64,000 nucleotides of DNA from Gammaproteobacteria bacterium (GTDB lineage: Bacteria; Pseudomonadota; Gammaproteobacteria; Magnimaribacterales; TMED112): contig JAYQTH010000002.1 of NCBI GenBank assembly GCA_038147295.1, positions 458,243-522,242 of the forward strand. Direction: 5' to 3'. Positions 45,906 through 56,499 of the stretch are shown here, in pieces; position 1 is the stretch's first letter, and every line of letters begins with the position of its first letter. The notes below the pieces were generated by a model, which ran no database searches, was not told where the DNA came from, and worked only from the letters and a program-made list of their open reading frames with translations. Position numbers and translations under genes: made by a program.

Positions 45906-47484
45906 AATAAGATTTATTTTTGCAGTCGTTTTATTTCTCTTAGCAACTCCGTTTTATAAATTTTTTGAGCTTGATCAAGATAAAGATAGATATTTAGTGG
46001 CAGGAAAATCAAGATCCCAATTCAATGAAACAATAAATTTTCCACGAAAAAAAATCCTAGATAGAAATGGTAATGAGCTTGCTGTTAGCATCCTTAGATC
46101 AACTTTACTTTTTCGATCAACAGAAGAAAAAGATCTTGGTCTAGCATATGCTGAAAGAGTTAATGAGCCCATTTTTTTATTTAACTCGAAAAGAATTTAT
46201 TTTGAGAATCAGCTAAACCCGGTTTTTATCAAAGAGGTTAGAGAGTTTTGTGATTGCTCTGTTATATCGGAGCCTGTATATAGAAGATACTACCCTTATG
46301 GCAGTATTATCAGTCCTTTAGTTGGTTTTTCTGGAGTAAGCGGAGGACTTGAAGGTATAGAGAGATCTTTTGATGCATCACTTAAGTCTGATCAAAGAAG
46401 TTTAAATTTTTTTCGAGATGCTAAAGGGCGAAGAGTTAAAGGCGATCTTAAGAATTTTATCGAGAGATCGAGTCAGAGTGATCTAAGTCTAACTATTGAT
46501 ATAAATTTACAATTCAAACTTTTCGAAGAATTAAAGAAATCAATTTCTGCTGCATCAGCAAAAGGGGGGTTTGCAGTTATTATGGATGCTCGCAGCGGTG
46601 ACCTTCTAGCTCTTGCAAATTATCCTACATTTAATCCCAATAGATCTGATAGAGTTATCCAAAGAAACTTATCGTTTGATGAGTACTTAGAACCAGGCTC
46701 ACTTATTAAACCAATCACAATTGCTGGTGCTTTCAATAACGGAATAATAAATGAAGACTCTTTGGTTGATACAAATCCTGGATATATAAATTTGTCTGGA
46801 TTCAAAAGAAGTGAGGCTGGAGGAAAAAATTATGGGGTTTTAAGTCCTTCTGAAATTATTTCAAACTCCTCTCAAGTAGGTATAGCAAAAATTTCCATCA
46901 TGTTGTCAGGCGACCAAATAAACGCAAATCTTAGAAGCTTTGGTATCGGCAAAGAGTTAGATTTAAATTGGGATGGAATTGATTCCAGTTTTTTATACGA
47001 TAGCTCAATTCTATATGATATTGATAAAGCCTCTTTAGGATATGGTTATTTATTGCGGGCAAATATTGTTCAAATAGCAAGAGCATATTCTGCATTTGCT
47101 AACCAAGGGGAGATAATTGAGCCGAGAATTACCATTAACCAACTGGTTAGAAAATCAAAAGCAATAGATAGCAAAACAGCAGATTATATCTTAGATTCTT
47201 TAAGATCAGCTGTCGTTGAAGGAACAGCAGAAAATATTTCAGATTCAACCGTAAGTATCGCTGGAAAGACAGGGACTACTGAAAAATATATTGTCGGAAG
47301 TGGCTATGCTCCTGGCAAATATATTTCTAGTTTTGCTTCTATTTTTCCTTATGAGAGCCCAAAATATATAATGGTTGTTTCTATTGATGAGCCTGACCCA
47401 AATAATTATTTTGGGGGCGACATTTCAGCTCCAATTGTGGCTAATTTAGCAGAACATATGTTGATTAATGGCTATATAGAATAA
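45898..47484 (+). CDS. ftsI: peptidoglycan D,D-transpeptidase FtsI (PBP3)
   Basis: SLIK (SxxK), SNS (SxN) and KTGT motifs. N-terminal TM anchor. Confidence 0.92.
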   Translation: MNKIRFIFAVVLFLLATPFYKFFELDQDKDRYLVAGKSRSQFNETINFPRKKILDRNGNELAVSILRSTLLFRSTEEKDLGLAYAERVNEPIFLFNSKRIYFENQLNPVFIKEVREFCDCSVISEPVYRRYYPYGSIISPLVGFSGVSGGLEGIERSFDASLKSDQRSLNFFRDAKGRRVKGDLKNFIERSSQSDLSLTIDINLQFKLFEELKKSISAASAKGGFAVIMDARSGDLLALANYPTFNPNRSDRVIQRNLSFDEYLEPGSLIKPITIAGAFNNGIINEDSLVDTNPGYINLSGFKRSEAGGKNYGVLSPSEIISNSSQVGIAKISIMLSGDQINANLRSFGIGKELDLNWDGIDSSFLYDSSILYDIDKASLGYGYLLRANIVQIARAYSAFANQGEIIEPRITINQLVRKSKAIDSKTADYILDSLRSAVVEGTAENISDSTVSIAGKTGTTEKYIVGSGYAPGKYISSFASIFPYESPKYIMVVSIDEPDPNNYFGGDISAPIVANLAEHMLINGYIE

Positions 47485-47497
47485 GTTTCAAGTAATT

Positions 47498-48862
47498 ATG
47501 ATTTATGTAGATCATTCTAATGACATAGAGCCAGACTCTATTTTTGTTTCAATAAATAATGGCTACAAACATCTTTCGGCTAAAGAAATTGAATTGGTAT
47601 CTGAAATATGGTCTTCAGAATCGACAACAAGCAATTTGGATAAAGTAAAAGTAATTCCAGATCTGGATTCTAAAGTGCTACAAATTATAGAAAGTGATTA
47701 TGGGCTTGTATTGGAGGATTTTGAAAATTTTTTTATAACGGGCACAAATGGCAAAACAACATCTGCTCAATTTGTATCCCAAATACTAAACATTAACAAC
47801 ATAAACAACGGTGCAATGGGAACACTGGGATGCTTTATAAATGGCAAAAATATTGCCTCTCAAAGGCTAACCACAGAAACCCCTATTTATATCAGAAATT
47901 TCCTTAAGAAATGCCTAGATAGAAATACAACGAAAATTATTTATGAGGCCTCATCAATTGGTATTGAAAGCAATAGACTCGAGGGACTTAGCATCGATCA
48001 TTCTGGCTTTACCAACTTTACCAGGGATCATTTGGATCACCATAAAAATATGCCTAATTATCTAAAAGCCAAATTGGAGCTAGTAAAAAATACGAAGAAT
48101 TCTTTCACATACAATCTTGATGATGATAGTTCAAGTAGTTGGATCAAAGCTTTTTCTGGTGACAGTAAATTTTCTATTTCTTGCATTAAGCCAAGTGCTG
48201 ACATCTTCTTTTCAGTTAGAAAAATATATAGTGATGGAAAAATTGCATTTGATATATATAGTCCATGGGGCTCCTCGGAGGGCTGTGCCTCAGTTTTCAC
48301 AGATTTTAATTTAGTTAATATTTTTATTGGATTGCCATTTCTAATGTATCAAGGACTAGCATTTGATTCATTTATTTCTTCATTAGCTTTAATAAGCTTA
48401 CCCACTGGTAGGCAGAAGCTAATTAAATATAAATCTAATAAAATTTTTATTGACTATGCTCATACCCCTGATGCAATAGAAAAACTTTTATCTGGGCTAT
48501 CTAGATTAGAGTCTGTAAAGACAACATTAATTATTGGAGCAGGCGGGAATAGAGACCATGGTAAACGCTCGTTAATGGGAAGTATCTCGTCTAAATATGC
48601 AAATCATATTATTATCACTTCCGATAACCCTAGAGGAGAAGATCCACAATTAATTGCAGATATGATTGCAGAGGGAATAGAAGAAACAGCTTCTTATGAA
48701 ATAATATTAGACCGAGCAAAAGCAATCACAACAGCAATAAAAAAGTTAAGTTGCGATGAGACTTTGATAATAATTGGGAAAGGGCATGAAGATTATCAAA
48801 TAATTGGAAATAAAAGGTTTCATTTCTCAGATGAAGAGGAAGTAAATAAATGTATTACGTAG
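47498..48862 (+). CDS. murE: UDP-MurNAc-L-Ala-D-Glu--2,6-diaminopimelate ligase
   Basis: GTNGKTT P-loop and a DNPR motif (TSDNPRGEDP). Confidence 0.92.
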   Translation: MIYVDHSNDIEPDSIFVSINNGYKHLSAKEIELVSEIWSSESTTSNLDKVKVIPDLDSKVLQIIESDYGLVLEDFENFFITGTNGKTTSAQFVSQILNINNINNGAMGTLGCFINGKNIASQRLTTETPIYIRNFLKKCLDRNTTKIIYEASSIGIESNRLEGLSIDHSGFTNFTRDHLDHHKNMPNYLKAKLELVKNTKNSFTYNLDDDSSSSWIKAFSGDSKFSISCIKPSADIFFSVRKIYSDGKIAFDIYSPWGSSEGCASVFTDFNLVNIFIGLPFLMYQGLAFDSFISSLALISLPTGRQKLIKYKSNKIFIDYAHTPDAIEKLLSGLSRLESVKTTLIIGAGGNRDHGKRSLMGSISSKYANHIIITSDNPRGEDPQLIADMIAEGIEETASYEIILDRAKAITTAIKKLSCDETLIIIGKGHEDYQIIGNKRFHFSDEEEVNKCIT

Positions 48863-50007
48863 CAGGATTAAAATCAAAAAATGAGTATGCAGAGTTTCTT
48901 CAAGGCAAGACGACAGGAAAAGATATCGTCATTGATGGCATATCTTTCGATTCAAGAACTGTAAAAAAAAATCAATTATTTGTACCTTTAGAAGGAAAAA
49001 ATTTTTCTGGTTTTTCATTTATTGATGAAGCAATAAAGAAAGGCGCTGTTGTTTTATCAAATAAATGCCATTCAAATAATTGCATTCAGGTAGAAGACGT
49101 TTACTCTTCATTAATTTTGTTGTGTCAGAAACACATTGAGGAGCTTGGAGTCAAATTGATTTTAATAACCGGCAGTTATGGTAAGACAACAATAAAGGAT
49201 ATGTTGAGGCATTCCATTGGTTCTGCATGCCACACAAATAAATTAAACGAAAATAATGAATTTGGCATTCCTTTTACGATTTTGAGTTGTGATGCACATT
49301 CTGATTATTTAGTTGTTGAATGTGGCGCAAGAAATGTTGGTGATTTTGACCTTCTTGCAGAACATCTTAAATCTGATGTCTTTATTTTGACAGATGTTGC
49401 GGCAGTGCATCTTGAGACCTTTAAAACAATTGAGAATATTGAAAAAACAAAGCTGATACTTAAGAAAACACTTAAGGAAAAGAGTATTTTTATTGATGGA
49501 AGGCAGCTTAATTATTTAAATTATCAAGAAAAAAATAATCATATCGTCGAGAGTGTGATTGACAAGTTAAACATCTCTAAAGAGAGAGATATAAATAGCT
49601 ATCAACCTTCACAAGGTAGAGGAAAAATCATTAATGCTATGGGAGGAAGCATAATTGATCAAACATATAACTCCAGTCCTAGTACATTGATTGCTACAGT
49701 GGCTCCCTATAGCAATAAAAACACTTCTTTGATTTTAGGAGATATGGCTGAGCTTGGAGAATCTGAGCTAGATCAGCATGTAAAGATTCTCGATCATTTT
49801 CATGAGTACAAAGTCTGGGTTACAGGACCAATATTTAAGCAAGCCATTTCTGAAACAAAGTCAAAAAATGTAAATTATTTTGAAAATGAGCATGAGTTTC
49901 CCTCAGCTGCATTTCGATTATTATTACAAAATAATGAAAATTTATATTTTAAAGGCTCGCGATCATCTAAAATGGAAAGATTCATTGAACTATTGCTAAA
50001 TGATTGA
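48850..50007 (+). CDS. murF: UDP-MurNAc-tripeptide--D-Ala-D-Ala ligase
   Basis: ITGSYGKTT P-loop. Position in the dcw cluster. Confidence 0.85.
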   Translation: MYYVAGLKSKNEYAEFLQGKTTGKDIVIDGISFDSRTVKKNQLFVPLEGKNFSGFSFIDEAIKKGAVVLSNKCHSNNCIQVEDVYSSLILLCQKHIEELGVKLILITGSYGKTTIKDMLRHSIGSACHTNKLNENNEFGIPFTILSCDAHSDYLVVECGARNVGDFDLLAEHLKSDVFILTDVAAVHLETFKTIENIEKTKLILKKTLKEKSIFIDGRQLNYLNYQEKNNHIVESVIDKLNISKERDINSYQPSQGRGKIINAMGGSIIDQTYNSSPSTLIATVAPYSNKNTSLILGDMAELGESELDQHVKILDHFHEYKVWVTGPIFKQAISETKSKNVNYFENEHEFPSAAFRLLLQNNENLYFKGSRSSKMERFIELLLND

Positions 50008-51082
50008 ATATTTTTTGGACCTTTTCCCTGCAAGAGATGGCATTTTCAATGTTTTAGCTTACCTGTCTTCACGAACCATAATTTCAACTCTTACAGGATT
50101 ATTTGTTGTGCTTTTTTTTGGAGATAGGTTTATTTCTTTAATAAAAAATATTCAGTTTAATCAAAACTTTGATGGAAGAGCTCCAGAAACACATCGGCAA
50201 AAAAGTGGTACACCGACAATGGGCGGGTTATTGATAGTTGGAAGCGTTATTCTATCTGGTTTGCTTTGGGGTGACCTCTCAAATAAATATGTGTTATTGG
50301 GATTATTCTGCCTTATTTCTTTCGCAGGCATTGGAATTGTGGATGATTATAAAAAGATTAAAGACCCAGGCTCAAAAGGTCTTTCTTCATCAACCAAGAT
50401 ATTTTATCAAATAGTTTTTGCTTCAATAATTGCTCTTGCGCTTTTTATGAGCGCTAAGGTTCCAAATGAAACAATGTATATCGTTCCTTTTTTTAAGGAC
50501 ATAATTTTCGATTTTGGGATTATATTTGTGCTTATTTCAATCTTTATTATTGTCGGTAGCTCTAATGCTGTAAATCTTACTGATGGTTTAGATGGCCTTG
50601 CAATACTCCCGGTAATAATAATTACTATTGCACTTGGAATAATTGCTTGGGCAGCAGGCAATGTCATAGCAGCTGATTATCTGTACATACCTTATTTAGA
50701 AACTACTGGCGAGTTATTAGTTCTTTGTGGGGCATTGGCAGGAGCAGGCATTGGTTTTCTGTGGTTTAACTCTTACCCTGCTCAAATCTTTATGGGAGAT
50801 GTTGGGTCTCTGTCTATGGGTGCTTTTATTGCTTTTGTGGCAATAGTTGTGCGTCATGAAATAGTTTTTGCGGTTATGTCTGCTGTTTTTATCATGGAAG
50901 CAATGAGTGTGATTCTTCAAGTGAGCTCGTTTAAGCTCAGAAAAAAAAGAATCTTTAAAATGGCTCCTATCCATCATCATTTTGAATTAAGCGGATGGAA
51001 AGAGCCAAAAATTATTGTGCGTTTTTGGATCTTAACAATTATTTTTGTGTTGATAGGACTGTCATTGTTGAAAATACGATGA
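50000..51082 (+). CDS. mraY: phospho-N-acetylmuramoyl-pentapeptide transferase
   Basis: 360-aa polytopic protein containing NAVNLTDGLDGLA and PIHHHFE. Confidence 0.97.
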   Translation: MIEYFLDLFPARDGIFNVLAYLSSRTIISTLTGLFVVLFFGDRFISLIKNIQFNQNFDGRAPETHRQKSGTPTMGGLLIVGSVILSGLLWGDLSNKYVLLGLFCLISFAGIGIVDDYKKIKDPGSKGLSSSTKIFYQIVFASIIALALFMSAKVPNETMYIVPFFKDIIFDFGIIFVLISIFIIVGSSNAVNLTDGLDGLAILPVIIITIALGIIAWAAGNVIAADYLYIPYLETTGELLVLCGALAGAGIGFLWFNSYPAQIFMGDVGSLSMGAFIAFVAIVVRHEIVFAVMSAVFIMEAMSVILQVSSFKLRKKRIFKMAPIHHHFELSGWKEPKIIVRFWILTIIFVLIGLSLLKIR

Positions 51083-52149
51083 ATGAAAGACGGGTAATAT
51101 TAGGCTATGGTCTTACAGGGAAATCATTCGAAAAGTTTTTAATTAAAAAAAAATTAGAATATTTTTTATATGATGATAAGCACCCCAATGGCGGCAAATC
51201 CAATAATGTAGGAAATAAATTTTTATCAAAATCTGAATTAGTTAAATTTGATACATTTTATGTTTCTCCAGGCTTCAGTAAAAAAAAGCTTAATGAGCTT
51301 GGAGTGCTAGATAAAAATTTACTCACGGACATAGATATTTTTTTTAGTCTTAACCAATCATTTAAAATAGGAATAACTGGGACTAATGCAAAGAGCAGTC
51401 TTACAAACTATCTTACGCAGTTTTTGAATAGCAGATCTACAGCTATAAGTCTGGGCAATATTGGAAAACCCTTACTAGAGAACCTTGACCATAAGCAAAA
51501 ATATAGTGTTATTGAACTATCCAGTTTCCAGCTTGAAAAGATGCAAGGAAATGAACTTAATTTGTCTGTAATAACAAACATTTCAAAAGATCATATTGAT
51601 TATCATGGAGATTTTGAGTCATATAAGCTCTGCAAGTTTAAGATTATGAAATCAAAAACATTTTTTTATAATGATGAATATCAGCTTAAAGACTTTGCAT
51701 TTTCAATCGCAAAATCATTGGAACCACATACTGATGAAAAATTAAAATTGAATGAGCTACCTTTTCGACTGCAACAACTTTCTAAAAATATAATTAATGA
51801 CTCAAAATCTACGAACTCTTCATCTTTGTATTATGCTATTGAAAAGCTTAATTTTTCTGGTGTTTTGATTATGTGCGGAAATCCCAATAAAGAAAATTAT
51901 CAAAATCTGATCATTAATGGCCCAGCTAAAGTTTTAATTTTTGGAAAACACAGGGAAGATATAAAAAAAAGAATCATCCACAAAAACATCAAGCTTTATA
52001 GCTCATTAGAATCATTAGTCTCTTCTTTGAATACCAATGATCAGATCTTATTTTCCCCTGGCAATCCAAGTGGTGATGATTTTTCAAATTTTATGGAAAG
52101 GGGTGAGCATTTTTCCAAGATCATTGAGGTTCACTTTGATAAAAAGTAA
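51079..52149 (+). CDS. murD: UDP-MurNAc-L-Ala--D-Glu ligase (compact form)
   Basis: Contains GITGTNAKSS, ELSSFQLE and NDSKSTN. The ATG at 51079 (ATGA overlap with the mraY stop) is preferred over the tracked start at 50995. Confidence 0.88.
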   Translation: MNERRVILGYGLTGKSFEKFLIKKKLEYFLYDDKHPNGGKSNNVGNKFLSKSELVKFDTFYVSPGFSKKKLNELGVLDKNLLTDIDIFFSLNQSFKIGITGTNAKSSLTNYLTQFLNSRSTAISLGNIGKPLLENLDHKQKYSVIELSSFQLEKMQGNELNLSVITNISKDHIDYHGDFESYKLCKFKIMKSKTFFYNDEYQLKDFAFSIAKSLEPHTDEKLKLNELPFRLQQLSKNIINDSKSTNSSSLYYAIEKLNFSGVLIMCGNPNKENYQNLIINGPAKVLIFGKHREDIKKRIIHKNIKLYSSLESLVSSLNTNDQILFSPGNPSGDDFSNFMERGEHFSKIIEVHFDKK

Positions 52150-53257
52150 CAATGAATTATTTGATAGATACTTGGTCTTGCCATTCTTGGCCCTAACTTG
52201 TTTAAGTTTAGTTTTTATATACTCATCCTCGAATGTAATGGCAAATGAAATTTATTCTGATCCATACTTTTTTTTTAAAAGACAGCTTTTCGCAATAAGT
52301 ATTGCTTTGATTACTTCAGTAATATTTTTATTTATTCCAACTTCTTTTTACCGAGAAAATGGAGCTATTTTAGTTGTCATATCAATATTGCTATTATTTC
52401 TTGTGGCATTGCCTTTTATTGGGACAGAGGTAAATGGAAGTAGACGATGGCTCAATCTTAGGATATTCAATCTTCAGCCTTCAGAAGTGGCAAAGATATT
52501 TATTCCCATATACCTATGTGGCTATTGTTTACGCAGAAAAGAGCAACTAGAGACAAAATGGAGAGGTTTCTTGAAGCCACTTATTTTAGTAGCAATATGC
52601 TGCCTTCTTTTACTGCTTGAGCCAGATGTGGGAGCTACAGCGGTGCTTTTTGCAGTATCAATAACTATTCTATTTCTTGGGGGAGCGAAAACTTCACAGC
52701 TTGCGATGCTGGCATTTATATTTTTTGCTCTTATTTCTACTTTTGTTTACTTTGATGAAGAAAGATTTTCAAGAGTTCTTAGTTTTTCCGATCCATTTGA
52801 TGATCCTTTTGGCACCGATTATCAGCTCCTTAACGCCCTAATTGCTTCAGTTCAGGGTGGCATATTTGGTATGGGTGTGGGGGAGAGTACACAGAAATAT
52901 TTCTTTTTACCAGAAGCGCATACAGATTTCATCTTCTCTATTTATATTGAAGAATCAGGAATTTTAGGTCTAATTGCATTGACTGTAATTTACGGTGTAA
53001 TTTTATTCAGATTATTTTCATTAGTAAAAGAATCTGCAAAAAAGAATTTTTTCTTTATACATCTACTTATCAGTAGCTTTTTCTTAATATTTTTTATACA
53101 AACTTTGCTAAATATTTTTGTGAATTTAGGCATTTTACCTACAAAAGGTTTGGCATTACCATTTATGAGTTATGGAAGATCAAGCGTTATTATGAACTTT
53201 ATAGCACTTGCCATAACCTTAAGAGCAAGTTGGGAGCTGAGAAATAATATAAGATGA
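52037..53257 (+). CDS. ftsW: peptidoglycan glycosyltransferase FtsW (SEDS family)
   Basis: Polytopic SEDS protein (..PSEVAKI.., ..EAHTDFIF..). The true start is uncertain; candidates are ATG 52037 or 52076, or TTG 52136, and all overlap the murD 3' end. Confidence 0.9.
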   Translation: MIRSYFPLAIQVVMIFQILWKGVSIFPRSLRFTLIKSNNELFDRYLVLPFLALTCLSLVFIYSSSNVMANEIYSDPYFFFKRQLFAISIALITSVIFLFIPTSFYRENGAILVVISILLLFLVALPFIGTEVNGSRRWLNLRIFNLQPSEVAKIFIPIYLCGYCLRRKEQLETKWRGFLKPLILVAICCLLLLLEPDVGATAVLFAVSITILFLGGAKTSQLAMLAFIFFALISTFVYFDEERFSRVLSFSDPFDDPFGTDYQLLNALIASVQGGIFGMGVGESTQKYFFLPEAHTDFIFSIYIEESGILGLIALTVIYGVILFRLFSLVKESAKKNFFFIHLLISSFFLIFFIQTLLNIFVNLGILPTKGLALPFMSYGRSSVIMNFIALAITLRASWELRNNIR

Positions 53258-54255
53258 AAGTAGCAATTTTTGCAGGAGGTACAGGCGGCCACATTTTCCC
53301 AGGTATTTCAATAGCAGAAAAATTTAGCAAAGAAGAAGTAATCTTCTTTTGCTCTTCAAGAAAGCTAGAAAAAGAGATCTTTTCAAATATAGGGTATCGG
53401 GCAATACATCTGAATATTGATGGTTTTAGAGGAAAATCATTAACTCAAAAAATTCTTTGGCCATTAAAACTTGCTAATTGTTGTTTGAAAGCATTTGCTC
53501 TCGCAAAGAAATATAAAGTTGATCGCGTATTATTGATGGGAGGCTATGTTTCAATAATTGGTTGGATCCTTTCTAAAGTAAAAAAACTGAAGCTTTATAT
53601 TCATGAGCAGAACTCAATTCTTGGAAGTGCAAATAAGCTGGCTTACAAATCTTCAATTACCATATTTACAAGCCATTTGCTAAATCTACCTAATGAGAAA
53701 TTAACAGGCAATCCAATAAGAAACAATTTTTTGAATAAAAATTACGATGCAAATGAAAATCGTAATAAAGTTTTAATTTTTGGAGGCAGCCAAGGATCAA
53801 GATATTTTGTTGAGAATTTAGCTAGTACATTAGATTCAATAATTAAAGAAAGCCAAATTATTTTTCAAACTGGAGGGAATCAGCCAAAATTTAAAAGCGA
53901 TAATATTGTTTATAAAGAATTTATCGATGATCTTCCTAGCCTTTTTGATGAAGTAAAGTTTGTTATATGTCGATCAGGAGCAACAACCGTTGCTGAGATT
54001 CAGTCATATGGTATGCCTGCAATCTTTATTCCTTTGAAGAACTCAATTGACAATCATCAACTTCTCAACGCTAAAGCTGCATGCCTCAAGGGAGGTGGAA
54101 TGGTAGTTGAAGAAGGCGAGAGTGCTACAGAAGATCTAATTGCTGCAATTGGCGAACTCCAATCAAGTGATTTGACCCAAATGAGCAAAAAGATGAAGAA
54201 AGATATACACTTTGAAGCTGCGGAAATAATAGCAAATGAAATTAAGCAGAATTAA
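53254..54255 (+). CDS. murG: undecaprenyl-PP-MurNAc-pentapeptide GlcNAc transferase
   Basis: AGGTGGHIFPG motif and a GT28 C-terminal domain. Confidence 0.92.
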   Translation: MKVAIFAGGTGGHIFPGISIAEKFSKEEVIFFCSSRKLEKEIFSNIGYRAIHLNIDGFRGKSLTQKILWPLKLANCCLKAFALAKKYKVDRVLLMGGYVSIIGWILSKVKKLKLYIHEQNSILGSANKLAYKSSITIFTSHLLNLPNEKLTGNPIRNNFLNKNYDANENRNKVLIFGGSQGSRYFVENLASTLDSIIKESQIIFQTGGNQPKFKSDNIVYKEFIDDLPSLFDEVKFVICRSGATTVAEIQSYGMPAIFIPLKNSIDNHQLLNAKAACLKGGGMVVEEGESATEDLIAAIGELQSSDLTQMSKKMKKDIHFEAAEIIANEIKQN

Positions 54256-55624
54256 ACGTATTCATTTTATTGGAATTGGTGGAGTAGGAATGGTAGGGAT
54301 TGCAGAAATCCTTATCCATCAGGGTTATAAAGTCACAGGAAGTGATTTGGTGGAAAATAAAAACACTGAGAGACTAAAAACACTTAAAGCAAAAATTTCA
54401 ATTGGACATCAAGCAAGCAATGTTGGCAATGCAGATGTAGTGGTTTATTCATCTGCTGTAAATCCCAAAAACCCTGAGATGTTAGAAGCAAAGTTAAAAG
54501 GCAAAATTATTATTCCAAGAGCAGAAATGCTTTCAAGCCTAATGAAAGGGTATCAAAGCATCGCAGTTGCTGGCTCGCATGGAAAAACTACAACTACCAG
54601 CTTAATTGCTAACATTTTTTCAGATGCAGAATTTGATCCAACATATATTATTGGAGGGAAAATTCTTGGGAAAGAGGAAAGAAGTATTTTAGGAAGCAGT
54701 GATTTTATTATTGTCGAAGCAGATGAAAGCGATGGGTCTTTTTTGCACCTAAATCCTGAAATAAGTGTTCTGACAAATATAGATAACGACCATTTAGATT
54801 TTTATGACAACAAAACAAGCAAATTAGAAAGAACATTTTTAAATTTTATGGAGAAACTTCCTTTTTTTGGAACTGCAGTAATTTGCACCGACTGTTTAAA
54901 AGCAAAGAAATTATTCAAAAAGATATCTAGACCAAAAATCTCATATGGGTTTAATAAAACAGCAGATTATCAGATAGTAAAAAGGGATCAGCATGAGCAA
55001 TATCAAGCCTTTACTTTGCTAGAAAAAAAATTGAACAAAGAAATTAAATTTAAGTTGAAGATTCCGGGCCAGCATAATGCATTAAATTCTGTTGCTGCAT
55101 TTATTGTTTCAAATCTTTCAGGCATAAAATCAAGTATTGCTAAGGAATCACTTGAAAAATTTACTGGTGTTTCAAGAAGATTGGAGCCAAAAGGTCTGTT
55201 AAGCATTGCAGAAAAAAATACTTATCTTTTAGATGATTATGGCCATCACCCCACCGAAATTAAAGCAACAATATCAGCGGTAAGGCAGAGCCATAAAGGG
55301 AAAAAGATTAATATGATTTTTCAACCACATAGGTACAGCAGATCTACATTGTTGTTTAATGATTTCATTGATGCCTTGTCTAACGTAGATAAGCTTATAG
55401 TTATGGATATTTACTCTGCAGGAGAGGAAAACCCTAACAACATATCATCCTATGATTTTGTTAATAGTTTGCTTAAAAAAAATATAAAAGTTTTTCATGG
55501 CAAAAACCTTACAGAGATTTCAAAGATACTGGAGGAAAATATTTCAGATAATGAAATACTTATAACTCAAGGAGCTGGGAATGTTGCAGACATTTCTAAC
55601 TCCCTTGTGGCGATGTATAAATGA
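54236..55624 (+). CDS. murC: UDP-N-acetylmuramate--L-alanine ligase
   Basis: Contains IHFIGIGGVGM and AGSHGKTTTTS. Confidence 0.95.
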   Translation: MKLSRIKRIHFIGIGGVGMVGIAEILIHQGYKVTGSDLVENKNTERLKTLKAKISIGHQASNVGNADVVVYSSAVNPKNPEMLEAKLKGKIIIPRAEMLSSLMKGYQSIAVAGSHGKTTTTSLIANIFSDAEFDPTYIIGGKILGKEERSILGSSDFIIVEADESDGSFLHLNPEISVLTNIDNDHLDFYDNKTSKLERTFLNFMEKLPFFGTAVICTDCLKAKKLFKKISRPKISYGFNKTADYQIVKRDQHEQYQAFTLLEKKLNKEIKFKLKIPGQHNALNSVAAFIVSNLSGIKSSIAKESLEKFTGVSRRLEPKGLLSIAEKNTYLLDDYGHHPTEIKATISAVRQSHKGKKINMIFQPHRYSRSTLLFNDFIDALSNVDKLIVMDIYSAGEENPNNISSYDFVNSLLKKNIKVFHGKNLTEISKILEENISDNEILITQGAGNVADISNSLVAMYK

Positions 55625-56499
55625 GAAAAATAATTATTGTTTATGGTGGTGAATCCAATGAAAGTGACATCTCCAAAAAAACCGCTCAGTCAATCTTTGA
55701 AAATATAGATAGATCAAAATTTGTTCCACATTTAATAAATTATTCAGATATTAATTTTGATGATTATGATCAAGATTGTTTCTTCTTTGTTGCTATTCAT
55801 GGCAAAGGTGGAGAGGACGGTGAAATTCAGGAAATTCTTGAAAGTAGAAAATTTGATTTTTCAGGATCTGGTTCTGCTGCAACAAAAAAATGTTGGAATA
55901 AAAGTATTTCAAAAAAGCTAATGGAAGAAAATCAAATACCAACACCAAAATTTATAGTATGCTCAAACGAAATCGACCTTCAAAACGAGTTTATTTTCTC
56001 AGAAAAAAAATTCTTTATAAAACCTGCTACCAATGGCTCAAGCTTTGGAGTAACAAAGGTTGAGGATAAGGCAAATATCAATAAGGCCATAAGTGAAGCG
56101 TTATCCTATTCAGAGGAGGCGATTATTGAAAAGGCTTTTTCTGGTCCTGAGTATACTGTCTCTGTATTAGGGTCAGATATTCTCCCTCCATTGGAAATAA
56201 TTCCAAATGGAAATGAATTCTATAATTTTTCTGCTAAATATAGCTCTAATAAAACAAAAAAAATCATGGTAACCGATCCAAAAATAAGAGAAGAGCTTAG
56301 CGAAATTGCCTATAAAGCCTTTCATGCTCATGGCTGCTCATCATGGGCTAGAATTGATATTGTTTCAGAGGATAATAATTTTAGTGTTCTTGAAATAAAT
56401 ACCGTACCAGGATTTACAGAAAAAAGCCTATTTCCCTTCTCAGCAAAACTTGCTGGCATAGGCTATAGAGAATTAATAACTAGGATAATTGAAAATTAA
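55621..56499 (+). CDS. ddl: D-alanine--D-alanine ligase
   Basis: ATP-grasp fold containing HGKGGEDGEIQ. Lies between murC and ftsQ. Confidence 0.92.
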   Translation: MRKIIIVYGGESNESDISKKTAQSIFENIDRSKFVPHLINYSDINFDDYDQDCFFFVAIHGKGGEDGEIQEILESRKFDFSGSGSAATKKCWNKSISKKLMEENQIPTPKFIVCSNEIDLQNEFIFSEKKFFIKPATNGSSFGVTKVEDKANINKAISEALSYSEEAIIEKAFSGPEYTVSVLGSDILPPLEIIPNGNEFYNFSAKYSSNKTKKIMVTDPKIREELSEIAYKAFHAHGCSSWARIDIVSEDNNFSVLEINTVPGFTEKSLFPFSAKLAGIGYRELITRIIEN

